DNA of 64,000 nt, taken from Octopus vulgaris (taxonomy: Eukaryota). The position numbers were made by a program, and so were the translations under genes. Position 1 is the stretch's first letter, and every line of letters starts with the position of its first letter. The notes beneath the pieces were generated by a model. It was not told where the DNA came from and did no database searches. It was given only the letters and a program-made list of their open reading frames with translations. The DNA lies in NCBI GenBank assembly GCA_951406725.2, contig OX597835.1, positions 23,932,001 through 23,996,000 of the forward strand, read 5' to 3'. Positions 38,697 through 52,028 of the stretch are shown piece after piece.

Positions 38697-39000
38697 AGGC
38701 GCAATGGTCCAGTGGTTAGGGCAGTGGACTTGCGGTCGGAGGATTGTGGTTTCGATTCCCAGACCGGGCGTTGTGTGTTTATTGAGCAAAAACACCTAAA
38801 AGCTCCATGAGGCTCCAGCAGGAGGTGGTGGCGACCCCTGTTGTACTCTTTCGCCACAACTACCTCTCACTCTTTCTTCCTGTTTCTTGAGTAACGCTGT
38901 GATGGACTGGCATGCCGTCCAGCTGGGGGGAACACACATGCCACAGAAACTGGGAAACCGGGCCCATGAGCCTGGCTAGGCTTGAAAAGGGTGACGTTTA
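38697..39000 (+). mobile_element. SINE with C-type head and D-like tail
   Basis: Head matches 11480; tail gatggactggcatgccgtccag..gaaactgggaaaccgggcccatgag. Confidence 0.85.
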
Positions 39001-39338
39001 TCGTTTTTATATATACATACATACTTGATGGATATACGTGAGATGTAATTTTCTCTCTATGAATATTTTATTGTCAAATACTCTGAATTTCTCAAAATTC
39101 TGCCAAAGGATATCTGAATTTACCTGTCATGTATAAGAATTTACCTGGGATATAAGTGCTTTATTGATATCTGCCAGGATTTTTTAATCTATTTTTTCTT
39201 CTCCACACACACACACGCACTTATTTGTATTTACAAACTACAGGAAAAAGGGGAAAAATCAATTCGATACAAGAAACAGCAGAATATACAAATATGATAA
39301 TATATTTCGAAGGTGAAACTTCAGAAATTTAAAACTAC

Positions 39339-39369
39339 CTGTTTCATCGTGTTTCCATTCCACAGCTAC
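39339..39369 (-). CDS. Candidate 31-nt microexon VAVEWKHDET(+G)
   Basis: Good acceptor tttcctttcttcag|, weaker donor CAG|GTAGTT; phase 0 in, phase 1 out. Confidence 0.3.
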
Positions 39370-39684
39370 CTGAAGAAAGGAAATATGAATCTTGTAGTTT
39401 GAAGTGTAAGCTTCAAGGAACAAAAGAAAAAAAAAATGTAAACCACACATGTCTGTGCGTGTGAATACATTTATGAGAACAATGCTGTAACAGACACACC
39501 CATCTTTCCATATTTAGAAGGAAAAATGAGACACGGAATTCTAGCAATCTTCCTGTTTGGTTTTCAGTTTCTCACCACAAAATGTTCCGAGACTAAATTG
39601 GCTTCCTTCCTACTCTTACCGATTCCATTTCCATAGCTTATACTCCCAGCACTTCTTTCTTTTACATCAATCTACCAATCTATA

Positions 39685-40897
<1,213 letters not shown>

Positions 40898-41160
40898 TAT
40901 ACTCCCACCGCCACCTTCTTCAACATCTTTATATCAAATACTCCCACCACTTCCCCCTGCATCACCTTTTCCTTCCACTCCTTTTCTTTTAATTGTCTGT
41001 TTGATATTAGATGTAATTATAAAATCTGTTGTCCTGGTTAATGTGTACACACACACACACACACATGCACATATGCACCCGCATACATACACATATGCAG
41101 ACACACAAACACATGAGTCCCCCCCCACTCGTTTGTGTTTATATATATACATATGTATAT

Positions 41161-41550
41161 AGGTGCAGGAGTGGCTCTGTGGTAAGTAGCTTGCTAACCA
41201 ACCACATGGTTCCGGGTTCAGTCCCACTGCGTGGCATCTTGGGCAAGTGTCTTCTACTATAGCCTCGGGCCGACCAATGCCTTGTGAGTGGATTTGGTAG
41301 ACGGTAACTGAAAGAAGCCTGTCATATATGTGTATATATATGTGTATGTGTGTGTTTGTCCCCCTAGCATTGCTTGACAACTGATGCTGGTGTGTTTACG
41401 TCCCCGTCACTTAGCGGTTCCGCAAAAGAGACCGATAGAATAAGTACTGGGCTTACAAAAGAATAAGTCCCGGGGTCGATTTGCTCGACTAAAGGCAGTG
41501 CTCCAGTATGGCCGCAGTCAAAATGACTGAAACAAGTAAAAGAGTAGAGT
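41161..41550 (+). mobile_element. SINE family A, full length
   Basis: ggtgcaggagtggct..ggttcagtcc..aaacaagtaaaagag. Confidence 0.92.
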
Positions 41551-41639
41551 ATATATGCTGCCATACACACAAACATGTACATATAATCTCACACACACAC
41601 ACACGGTTTTCCACACACACACACACACACATGGTTCTC

Positions 41640-41671
<32 letters not shown>

Positions 41672-42497
41672 GCACTAAATGCTACCTTAGTTATAGATAC
41701 AAAATAATTGACATACTTTTATCTTCTGTTCTCCACCACTGCCGCCTCCACCTCCCCTCAATATCTCATGTATCACCATCACCCCCCACCTCTCTTGTAT
41801 TATTCCCTGCTCCCGAAACCGAACCCAATCTCCCAAAAGGAATCTGCTACACAGTTGCTCTTGCTAGAAATAGCAGCCAAATCTCCTGCAAATCACACAT
41901 TATTTGTCTTAGAAAGAGAAATGACACACATTATAATAACACATAATCCACTGATTGTAAACAAGAAAATAAGATCAAGATGGGAGAGTCATGGATGGAA
42001 TTTAACTGTAAAATCTGCTCAAACAGGACTGACCTTGGGCTAAACAACAACATCAACCTCACCTGGCTTGTCAAATTAATATTGAAAGCTCCACTTATAC
42101 CACAGGTACCTCACAGCCAATTAGCAACATTGAATCCGTTTGCTGCAAGCTATAGATAAGGCATTCGCTACATGGTTGCTCCTCTTGCTAGAAACAGCAG
42201 CTAAATCTCCCTCAAATCACACCCTATTGCCATAGAAAAATGAAACACATTAGACAATACACCTAATAAACTGCTTGTAAAAAGGGAAAGAAATGATCAG
42301 CCTGGGAGAGTCATGGCTGGAATGACTGACAATAAGTCTACACAACCAGAACTGAACTTGGGCCAAACAACATCAATCTCGCCTGTCTTGTCTAATACTA
42401 ACACACCCCTTATCTCTTTCTCTCTCTCATACACACACACACACACACATGTACCTCACAGCCAATTAGAGGAGGAGGTAATCGTGCTGAACCTCAC

Positions 42498-42509
42498 CTG
42501 CACAGCCAT
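42498..42509 (-). CDS. Candidate start exon MAVQ
   Basis: tccATGG context, donor CAG|GTGAGG (phase 0), in-frame stop upstream; phase-compatible with the 39.3-kb microexon. Confidence 0.25.
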
Positions 42510-42879
42510 GGACCCTTGATGTATAACTGGTACATATACGAGTGATTAAAATAGCTCTGCAAACTGTGTGTATGAGTGTGTGTAAGTGTGAATGTGTGAA
42601 TGCATATGCGAGTGAATGTGTGTGAGTGTATATGAGTGAATGTGTGTGTATATATATACCAATGTGTGGTTGGTTGACATGGGAAGTTTAAAATCAAACC
42701 TCTATTGTTCTGAGCTGCATCAATGCTTTAAATTCTAATTTTCTAAGCTGTGTGTGTGTATGTGTATGATGGATATGTGGGTGTTTTGAAAATACCTTAC
42801 GACTGTGCCCTGCATAGTTAGGGGTTGCCCTTTGGCAAGGCACAGCACTCGTTCAGCTACCCTGCCAGAGATACGGCAA

Positions 42880-43430
42880 AGTCATGGGATTGCAGCATGG
42901 CAGATTGTGAAGAGGCAGTAGAAGAGCTCCTCTGAGTCAATGGTGCTTCTTACATTGATGCTGAGAGGAAGAATCTTGGAAGATCAATGGTGAGGATCAC
43001 CAAGCTCTGTCAAGAGAGTAACTGCAATGCATCCATAGGGGGGGCATGGTTGTGTAATCAGCTGATGAAAGACTCATTATAATTCAAGCTCCCAATTCAA
43101 ATTCATTGTAATGGAACTGGTTGGTGAGAGAGAGTCATGGGAACCCATAAAAGCAGCAGGGTGGATTGTGAAGAGGAAGCAAAAGGGCTCAACTGAGCCA
43201 ATGGTGCTTCTTACATTGATGTTCAGTCGAGGAATCCTAGAAGATCAATGATCAGGATCACCAAGTTCAATCAAGGGAGAGTAACTGTAATACACCCATA
43301 GGGGCAACATCCATGGTTGTGTAATCAGCTGATGAAAGATTCACAATGACTCAAGCTCCAAATTCAAATTGATAATAATGGAATTGGATGGCTGTAGAGA
43401 GTCATGGGAATCCACGAAAGTAGTGCAACC
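42880..43430. repeat. Two tandem diverged ~261-bp units
   Basis: gattgtgaagagg at ~42903 and ~43164; colinear thereafter. Confidence 0.88.
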
Positions 43431-43849
43431 AAGAAATAAAGTCCTTGGTACAGTGTTCTATATTTGGAAAAAAAAAAAAAAACCCGAATAGAAATGGCTT
43501 TTCTGATAATTGTTCTACTTTAACCTAATGATTTATAAACATCTAATTATTAAAATGGAAAAATTGTCCAGAAAGGCCATTTCTATTCATTTTTAGAAAA
43601 AAATATATATGTATATTCATTTATGAAATATTAAATATTTTACAATTGTACAACTATTTCAATATAAAGTATATTTGTATATTTTTAAAAGGTCATTCAA
43701 GAAAAAAATACAATATACAAATAAGTAACACCAGACCTCTGCATATGTGGGAAAGTGGGAAAGTGAATGTTAAAATGATGGTGATTGCAACAGATATATA
43801 TTTATATATATATATATATAAGAAAATTCTAATGCCATATATATATATA

Positions 43850-44060
43850 TATAAAGTTAATCCAAACAAGAATTAGCACAAACAAACAGAACAACGCGAG
43901 GACGTGGAACAAATATAGTATTATTGGACGCTCAGGAAAGAAGGAGGGTTTAATGTTTCGAGCGGAGCTCTTCATCGGAAACATAGAAGGAAAGATCCAG
44001 AGAAGGGAAGACATAGGAAAAAAAAAAATCGCCAACGGTACACACGCGGTCACATTTTGA
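43850..44060 (-). mobile_element. Penelope-like pLTR fragment with minimal hammerhead motif (43946-43982)
   Basis: Minus: gttt CCGATGA A GAGC tcc GCTC GAAAC ATT aaac. Confidence 0.65.
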
Positions 44061-44065
44061 AAGAC

Positions 44066-44103
<38 letters not shown>

Positions 44104-44131
44104 GTGTGTGTGTATATATATATATTCAGAA

Positions 44132-44446
44132 TCATGAATGACCATGGGATTGCACCTAGAAAGTTACCCTCTGAGGCACAAATCCAGGCAAAGTTGTTTG
44201 TGGAAGTCCAGCAGTAGTCCATGCACACCAGCATCACCTCTCCATGCTACTGATGTTGACCGAGAGAAAGGAAAATTCCAATACTGCTTGGCACCAGTGA
44301 CATTGCAACTAATTTCTACAACTGAGTGAAATGGAGCAATGTGAAATAAAGTGTCTTGCTCAAGAACAGAACACACAACCCCGTCCAGGAATCAAACTCA
44401 CTACCTCATGATTGTAAAGCTTGATGCTCTAAGGCATGTGCCTTCA
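44132..44446 (-). mobile_element. SINE family B
   Basis: Reverse complement of B. Confidence 0.85.
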
Positions 44447-44707
44447 CACACACACGCACATATACATAAATATGCAAACATATACATACACAGATATGCA
44501 TATAACTATCTACACACACATAGATACATATCTATACACAACACACACATATTTATACACAACACACACATATCTATACACATTTCTATAGATACACATG
44601 TCTCTATACATACATACATACATACTTATATATAGATGCAAATATACACACACACAGATCTATATAAATAACCAGTGTGTGTGTGTGCGTGCGTGCATAT
44701 AATTTAG

Positions 44708-46211
44708 TTTATTTCAGTCATTAGACTGTGGCCATGCTGGAGCACCACCTTTAGTCGAACAAATCGACCCCAGGACTTATTCTTTGTAAGCCTAGTATTT
44801 ATTCTATTGGTCTCTTTTGTTGAACTGCTAAGTCACAGGGACGTAAACACACCAACATTGGTTGTCAAGCAATGGTGCGGGGGACAAACACAAACATAGG
44901 GCTCTTTTCAGTTTCCATCAATCAAATCCACTCACAAGGCCTTGGTTGACTCAAGGTAATATTAGAAGGTATTTGCCGGAGGTGCCACACAATGGGACTG
45001 AACCCAGAACCATGTAGTTGAGAAACAAACTTCTTACCACACCAATATTATGCAAATGATGTCAGCATTGGGTTTACAAGTCACCAAAGGGCTCGGCTGC
45101 CATGCTATATGTTTGGTTTGGTTTCAGCATGACCGAATAGCACCACTTGGAGAAGTCCTTCAAGCTATGTTTCAGGAGCAACTGAGGAAAGAGTTGTTGT
45201 TGGTGGAGATGGATCCAGGTGTTGGTAGCTTGTCTAGTGCTTCTCAGAGGAATTTGTCCAGGTACCACCTGAATGTTTTGGGGGTCTTTTTCTACTGCTA
45301 TTTCTTTTGGGATAATCTATAATAATAAAAGCGAAATCCTGTCTGTCTGGGACCCCTGTATCTTGGTCGACATTTGGTCTACATAGACATGTTATACCTT
45401 TTTGGGAATCAGGATGATCCCAGGATTGCAAATCTGCCCTTCATTTGTTTCTTGAACATCCAGCATTGGGATCAGGTCTGGGTGAGGATTTGTTATATGT
45501 TAGCAGTTGAAAATTCAAATTTTAAAAGAACCCCAAAAATTTCTGAACTTGTAAATTTTTCATTGAAACTGAATCTAAAGCAATACCATATTGGTAGGGT
45601 ACCAATAAATACTTTATTATTATTATTGCACTCTTTAGTTTTAGTCCACAGGCCCAATTAGCCCTCTGCAGTAACTAGTTTAAGAGTCCACACACAGTCT
45701 GGCTTTGAAGATAGTGTTGAATAAAGCAGAACCATCTGAGGTTAAAAAAAATAAAAAGGTTGTGTTGTAATGTTTTTATGAGGTGCGCACTTGACTTTTG
45801 TTGGGGACATATATAGTATGGCAGCCAAGCCTTTCTGTGACTTGTAAACCCAATGCTGACATCATTTGCATAATATTGGTGTGGTAAGAAGTTTGTTTCT
45901 CAACCACATGGTTCTGGGTTCAGTCCCACTGTATGGCACCTCCGGCAAATACCTTCTAATATTACCTTGAGTCAACCAAGCCCTTGAGTGGATTTGATTG
46001 ATGGAAACTGAAAAGAGCCCTATGTTTGTGTTTGTCCCCCGTACCATTGCTTGACAACCAATGTTGGTGTGTTTACATCCCTGTGACTTAGTGGTTCAAC
46101 AAAAGAGACCAATAGAATAAATACTAGGCTTACAAAGAATAAGTCCTGGGGTCGATTTGTTCGACTAAAGGTGGTGCTCCAGCATGGCCACAGTCTAATG
46201 ACTGAAATAAA
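44708..46211. repeat. ~400-bp inverted duplication (arms 44708-45112 and 45807-46211), each arm a SINE A plus ~70 bp of flank
   Basis: Arms are reverse complements, including non-SINE sequence. Confidence 0.93.
45113..45300 (-). mobile_element. Decayed CR1/L2-group LINE 3' end
   Basis: Minus: FRWYLDKFL..LDKLPTPGSISTNNNS resembles FK..LD.FL..IPD.P..PG...NSL. Confidence 0.45.
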
Positions 46212-46764
46212 ATTTTTTTTTTTAAATAGAAATATATTGTAGGTCAGTTCATTTGACTAATTCTTTTTCAAGGTGAAGCCCCAGAATGGCCATAGTCTGA
46301 GGACTAAAACAAAGAAAAAAAAAGGATAAAACATACACACATAAGAAATTTTCTTTTGTTTCCATTAATCAGATCTTCTTGCAAGGCTTTGATTGGCCAG
46401 GCGCTATAACAGACAATGCTTGGCCAAGGAGCCACACATTGGGACGGAACTTGAAACCACATGGTTGGAAAGCAAACGTCTTAACCACACAGCCGTGCCA
46501 ATGTCTAATCAACGAATTGTAATTCTACAAGAAGCTGGAACTTCAAAAATAGTTCCTGAAATTTCCCATTTCCAATCTTCATGATGAGCAATAGCCATGG
46601 TAACAATAAATGCAATAATACTGATGGTGCTAAATGTAGTAGTAGTAGTGGTGGCGGTGGCTTTCCATAAATTCCTTCACAACAATCTTATACACCCTCT
46701 TATCCTCTGAGTACATGTACCCTCCCTCCCTCCTCTTTCTCTAGTCTCTCCTCAAGTGTGTCTA

Positions 46765-47323
46765 GTAACCATGGTAACAATACTGGCCATGATTGCATTG
46801 CTACATGTTGTAGCAATAGTGGTGGTAGTAGTAGTAGTGGATGTAAGGGTAATGCTATTGGTGGTGGTGGTAGCAATTGTGGTCAATGTGGTAGTATTGG
46901 TTGTGGTGTTGGCAGTAGTAGCTGTGGTGGTGAATGCAGTTATAGTGTGTGTGGTGGCAGTGGTTGTGGAAGTAGTTGTGGTGGTGGTGAATATGGTGGC
47001 AGGAGTAGTAGTAGTTGTGGTGGTGGTGGTAGTAGTGGTAATAGTAGTTGTAGAGGTAGTAGTAGTAGTAGTAGCAATATAAAAAAGTGTGTAGGTATTT
47101 GGAGTAGAGAAACTGCATATTAGGTTACACCCTACAGCAGGGACCTGATCTATGCGAGTGTGAGTGTCTGTTGAGTGTGAGTGTGTGTGTTGAGTGTGTG
47201 CAAGAGCGTGTGGTGTGCATGAGGTGAATGCGTGTACGTGTGTGTGTGTGTGCATGAGCATGTGGTGTGTGTGAGCGTGTGGTGTGCGTGAGTGTGTGAT
47301 GAATGTGTGTGTGTGTGTGTGTG

Positions 47324-47356
<33 letters not shown>

Positions 47357-47500
47357 GTGAGTGCGTGCGTGTGCGAGAATGTGGTGTGTGTGAGCATGTG
47401 AGGTGAATGTGTGTGAGCTTGTGGTGTGTGTGAGGTGAATGCGTGTATGTGTGCGTGCATGTGTTGAGTGCATGCATGGGTGTGTAGTGTGTCTGTGTGT
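46765..47500. repeat. (GTG/GTA)n then degenerate (TG)n
   Basis: Directly visible; source of the V/T-rich pseudo-ORFs. Confidence 0.92.
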
Positions 47501-47888
47501 GATGAAGAAAACACAGAGAATGGGAGGGGTGGGAAGGAGTGTTAGTGGAATGGTGGGTGGGTGGGAAGATAAGAGCAGAGGAGAGGACAAGATGGGGCGG
47601 GCAGGGAAACGTTTTGGTAATAACCCCCCCCCCCCCTCCGGAAGAATAAAAGAGAGATGAGTAGAGGGAAACCAGAATAAACAGAGCTGGTTATAGAGTA
47701 TTTTAAGTAAAACGCTCAGGGCAGGCAGTAGGCGTGGCAATCCTTCCCTATTGGTAGCTGACATCACCCATACACTCTTCCCTCATTACATACATCTGTG
47801 TTTATCAACCCTTTTTCACCTATGGACCCCTTTGGTTTCTATTCTAGTCAGGTGGACCCTATTTTTATGGTTAAATATTATCAGCATT

Positions 47889-48305
47889 ATTTACATTTGA
47901 TGGATATTTATCTTCATCTTGTTTGTTGTTAACATGTTTCGTGTTTCGCCTCATATACCCTCTAGCTTTCATCAGGTGTCTCGGGGGAATTTCATACCTG
48001 GGTTCTTATTCCTAAGGTATTTTTTGATGGTATCATCATCATTATTATTATTATTATTATTATTCAGGTCACTGCTTGGAATTGAACTCAGAATCTTGGG
48101 GTTAGTAGCCCGTGTTCTTAACCACTACGCCATAATAACATCGAAAAATACCTTAGAAATGAGAACCCAGGTTCGAAATTTCCCCAAGACACCTGCAGAA
48201 GGCTGGAGGATATATCAGCCGAAACATTGTGTTGACAACAAACAAGATGAGGACAAATATCCGTCAAATGTAAGTATTGTACATAATTCCTCATCTCTTA
48301 AATAT
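47889..48305 (-). mobile_element. tRNA-headed, hammerhead-bearing Penelope-type element with inverted arm
   Basis: ~140-bp inverted arms (47889-48029 / 48139-48273) flank a tRNA-like head (48065-48133, minus); each arm holds a hammerhead core. Confidence 0.7.
48188..48233 (+). ncRNA. Minimal type I hammerhead ribozyme motif (mutated copy)
   Basis: GACAC CTGcAGA A GGCTG-loop-CAGCC GAAAC ATT GTGTT; the opposite arm retains CTGATGA. Confidence 0.55.
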
Positions 48306-48378
48306 ATTATCAGGAATTGTACAAAAAAATGTTAAAATATTTTGTGTATTGTAGAATCTGTTGTGTTTGGAGATAGTA

Positions 48379-48585
48379 ATTTTCTTTTTGTGCCTTATAA
48401 TGTAACACACTCACCAGTAAAATTTCCACTTATTTCTTATTTTTATTTTCCTAAAATTTTCGTATGAGAGTCAAGACTATTGAATAGGTTCCAAGACGCA
48501 ACGAAAATTTTAGGAAAATAAAAATAAGAAATAAGTGGAAATTTTACCGGTGAGTGTGTTACATTATAAGGCACAAAAAGAAAAT
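48379..48585. repeat. 85-bp-arm inverted repeat, 37-nt spacer
   Basis: 48379-48463 vs 48501-48585, one mismatch seen by eye. Confidence 0.92.
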
Positions 48586-48932
48586 GACTCTTCCCAGAAA
48601 CAACAGAATATGCGTCAACACGCAAACTCATATAAAGAATCTTGCAAACCAAATCCAAAAACGAAATGTATTGTTGAAGTTTAATGATTTATTGGAGATA
48701 AATTGCAACAAGAAAATCTTATATGGAACCCACCCACCAAGAGCCATATGGATGCTGGTTGAGAACTATTGACATAGATAACGAGGCTCGGCTGAAATGA
48801 GGGTGAATGACACTGTCTCCTCATGCCAACATCCTGGAAACCAATGCTGAAGGACTGATAAGCACAGGTATTGATAAACATAACCTTCACAAATGGCCTT
48901 TTCACTAATGCAAATATAAAACATATCAGATA

Positions 48933-49325
48933 TTCTTTTATCCTTTTATTTGTTTCGGTTATTTGACTGTGGCCATGCTGGAGCACCACCTTAAAGGGTT
49001 TTAGTTCAAGGAATCGATCCTAGGACCTATTCTTTGTAAGCCTAGTTCTTATCGTATCAGTCTCTTTTGCTGAACTGCTAAGTTATGGGGATGTAAACAC
49101 ACCAACATCTGTTGTCAAGCAATGGTGGGGGACAAACACAAAGACACATTCACACACATATACGATGGACTTCTTTCAGTTTCCATCTACCAAATCCACT
49201 CATAAAGCTTGGTTGGCCCAAGGCTATATATATATAGTAAAAGACAATTGCCCAAGGTGCCATGCAGTTGGACTGAACCCAGAACCATGTGTTTAGGAAG
49301 CAAGCTTTTTACCACACAGCCACAC
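48933..49325 (-). mobile_element. SINE family A
   Basis: Match to A; a further 3' half at 49350-49535. Confidence 0.88.
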
Positions 49326-49956
49326 AGTATTTTATGGTATTTTTTTTTTTATCTTACTTGTTTCAGTCATTATACTGTGGCCATGCTGGGGCACCACAAA
49401 GAATTTTTTAGCCAAACAAATAAACCCTAAGTCTGACTTTTTAAAGCCTGGTAACTTATTCTGTCTGTCTCTTTTGGTGGACTGCTAAGTTATGGGGACA
49501 TAAACACACCAATACCAGTTGTAAAGCAGTGGACACACTCACACAAAATTCAGTTTGCTAATAATTCAACGCCCTTAGTGCTCAAAATCGTTTCTAGTGT
49601 TTATTGATCCCTCAGATTGTCACATAGACACCATACCCTCCGAGGGTCAATACAGACTGCTTTGTAAACTCCTCTTATAGACCAACACACCTTGCCATGG
49701 AAAATATCAAACTACTGACATGATCAGCTATATAAACAATTGACGTCAACAAATATTCAGGTTTCTAATGTATTGGTGTAGAAAGAAAGGTTATATCTCA
49801 GAGGGGAAACCCAACACAACTTTCACTTTTCTCAATAAATGAATAAACAAATTAAACAAACTGAAAATGTGATTTGGATAATCGCCGCTGAAGTATAGAT
49901 TTATTTCCATTATTGTAAATTAGCACGCTTGATGTTTTAGTGACTGGAAATATCCT

Positions 49957-50180
49957 TGACTCTTTTGCATTTAAACTGACCATATCTGGCCAAAACATTT
50001 TCCCTGTTTTATGCTCAAATTGTTAAAATCTGGCCTCTTACACCTACCCTACAATGTAATTCAAAAACATACAATCACATCGTTGAAATCTCAAAGCTAC
50101 AAAATGATGGATGATTAATTAAAAACAATGAATTAATGAATCTTAGATTTGGCAGAGTAATATGAATGCTAAAGGGCTAA
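49957..50180 (+). mobile_element. piggyBac-like MITE
   Basis: Decayed ttaaccctttagcatt / aatgctaaagggctaa TIRs; sister at 59149-59590. Confidence 0.65.
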
Positions 50181-50231
50181 AAACAAGCGAACATGTTGGT
50201 AAAATGATTCTTGGGACAAACTCCATTGAAA

Positions 50232-50430
50232 TCATCATCATTGTTTAACGTCCGCTTTCCATGCTAGCATGGGTTGGACGAATGACTGAGGGCTGGCGAA
50301 CCAGATGGCTGCACCAGGCTTCAATCTTGATCTGGCAGAGTTTCTACAGCTGGATGCCCTTCCTAACGCCAACCACTCCATGAAAGTAGTGGGTGCTTTT
50401 ACGTGCCACTGGCACGGAGCCAGTCAGGCA
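50232..50430 (-). mobile_element. Repeat F
   Basis: Reverse complement of 5355-5553. Confidence 0.8.
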
Positions 50431-50626
50431 GAGAGGGTTGGATTTAGACAGAGAAGGGCCACTGAGCCTATATGTTTTGAGTGCCCTTATGATTTTGTTA
50501 ATTCAAAACAAACTAATAAAGAGGTCCTCATTAAATCTAGGGAACCCAAAACTTAAAAGAGCATGGTAAATTCAAAGTTAAACTCAATAAATGAAAACAG
50601 GGCTCGATGATTTTAAAAGAACTGGA

Positions 50627-50773
50627 CGTGTGGTAAGAAGTTTGCTTCCCAACCACATGGTTCTGGGTTCAATCCCACCATGTGGCATCTTGGGCAAATA
50701 TCTTCTGCAATAGCTTTGGGCTAACCAATGCCCCCTGAGTGGATTTGGTTGACAGAAACTAAAAGAATCCCAT

Positions 50774-50775
<2 letters not shown>
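50627..50775 (+). mobile_element. SINE A 5' half
   Basis: gtgtggtaag..ggttcaatcc..gaaactaaaagaatccc. Confidence 0.8.
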
Positions 50776-50833
<58 letters not shown>

Positions 50834-50835
50834 TA

Positions 50836-51244
50836 CTCTTTTACTCTTTTACTTGTTTCAGTCATTTGACTGCAGTCATGCTGGAGCACCGCCTTTATTC
50901 GAGCAAATCAACCCCGGGACTTATTCTTTGTAAGCCCAGTACTTATTCTATCGGTCTCTTTTGCAGAACTGCTAAGTGACGGGGACGTAAACACACCAGC
51001 ATCGGTTGTCAAGCAATGCTAGAGGGACAAACACAGACACACATTCATATACACACACATACATATATATATACATATATACGACAGGCTTCTTTCAGTT
51101 TCCGTCAACCAAATCCACTCACAAGGCTTTGGTCGGCCCGAGGCTATAGCAGAAGACACTTGCCCAAGATGCCACACAGTGGGACTGAACCCAAAACCAT
51201 GTGGTTGGTTAGCAAGCTACTTACCACACAGCCACTCCTGCGCC
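50836..51244 (-). mobile_element. SINE family A, full length
   Basis: Near-identical to the young A copies. Confidence 0.92.
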
Positions 51245-51973
51245 ATATGATTTATTTTCAAGAGATAAAATTTGCTCTATATATATAGGACACATTGAAG
51301 CACTCAGTATATCTGAGTCATTGGAAAATAGGAAAAATAATGACGAGAGACAAAAGATAGGTTACTAAAATATATTTTGTAAAATTATTATGCGACAAAA
51401 TCATGTACTAAAAATATAGATATATAAATATAGAAATACACTTAAAAATACATTAAAAATATATAGATATAAATGTATGTGCTAAGGATATATTAAGAAC
51501 ATACAATATATAGTCTTACAATAAAAACAATATTAAAATTATATACACAGAGGCAAGTCAATTAAACATATAAATCCTTATACAACATCCCAAACAAATC
51601 CTGAGAATAATAGTAAACAACCACTAACAACTCTCCTATGCTAAGTAATTCTAAAAGGATAACAGTATCTCACAAACCAGATTACCAAATAATGAATACC
51701 AGTTTCAACTGAACCATCCACTCCAACTGTATTATAAACTCTGACTTAGGCCCACCCTTACCAGCGACATGTCAACCTAGATTAACCTCACTAATTTTAA
51801 CTAATAAAATTCAATTTATTAACATAATGTCAAAATTCTCTGTTACCTACAATCGTTTCCATACTCAACTCATTCAATTACAAATTAATTAATTAAAAAT
51901 TGCATCTTGAAATAGCAAGTTAAATATTTCCTTAGGGTGAGAATTAGACACAAAATGAATCACATCCTTATAA

Positions 51974-51997
51974 TCTCTATATATATAAACGGCAAAA

Positions 51998-52028
<31 letters not shown>

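Larger units (their letters stand above)
47798..48770. mobile_element. hAT MITE split by two foldback insertions
   Basis: Left tcaacc..tatggacccctttg; middle tattatcaggaattgtacaaaa; right atcttatatggaaccc..ggttgagaactattg. Confidence 0.65.
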
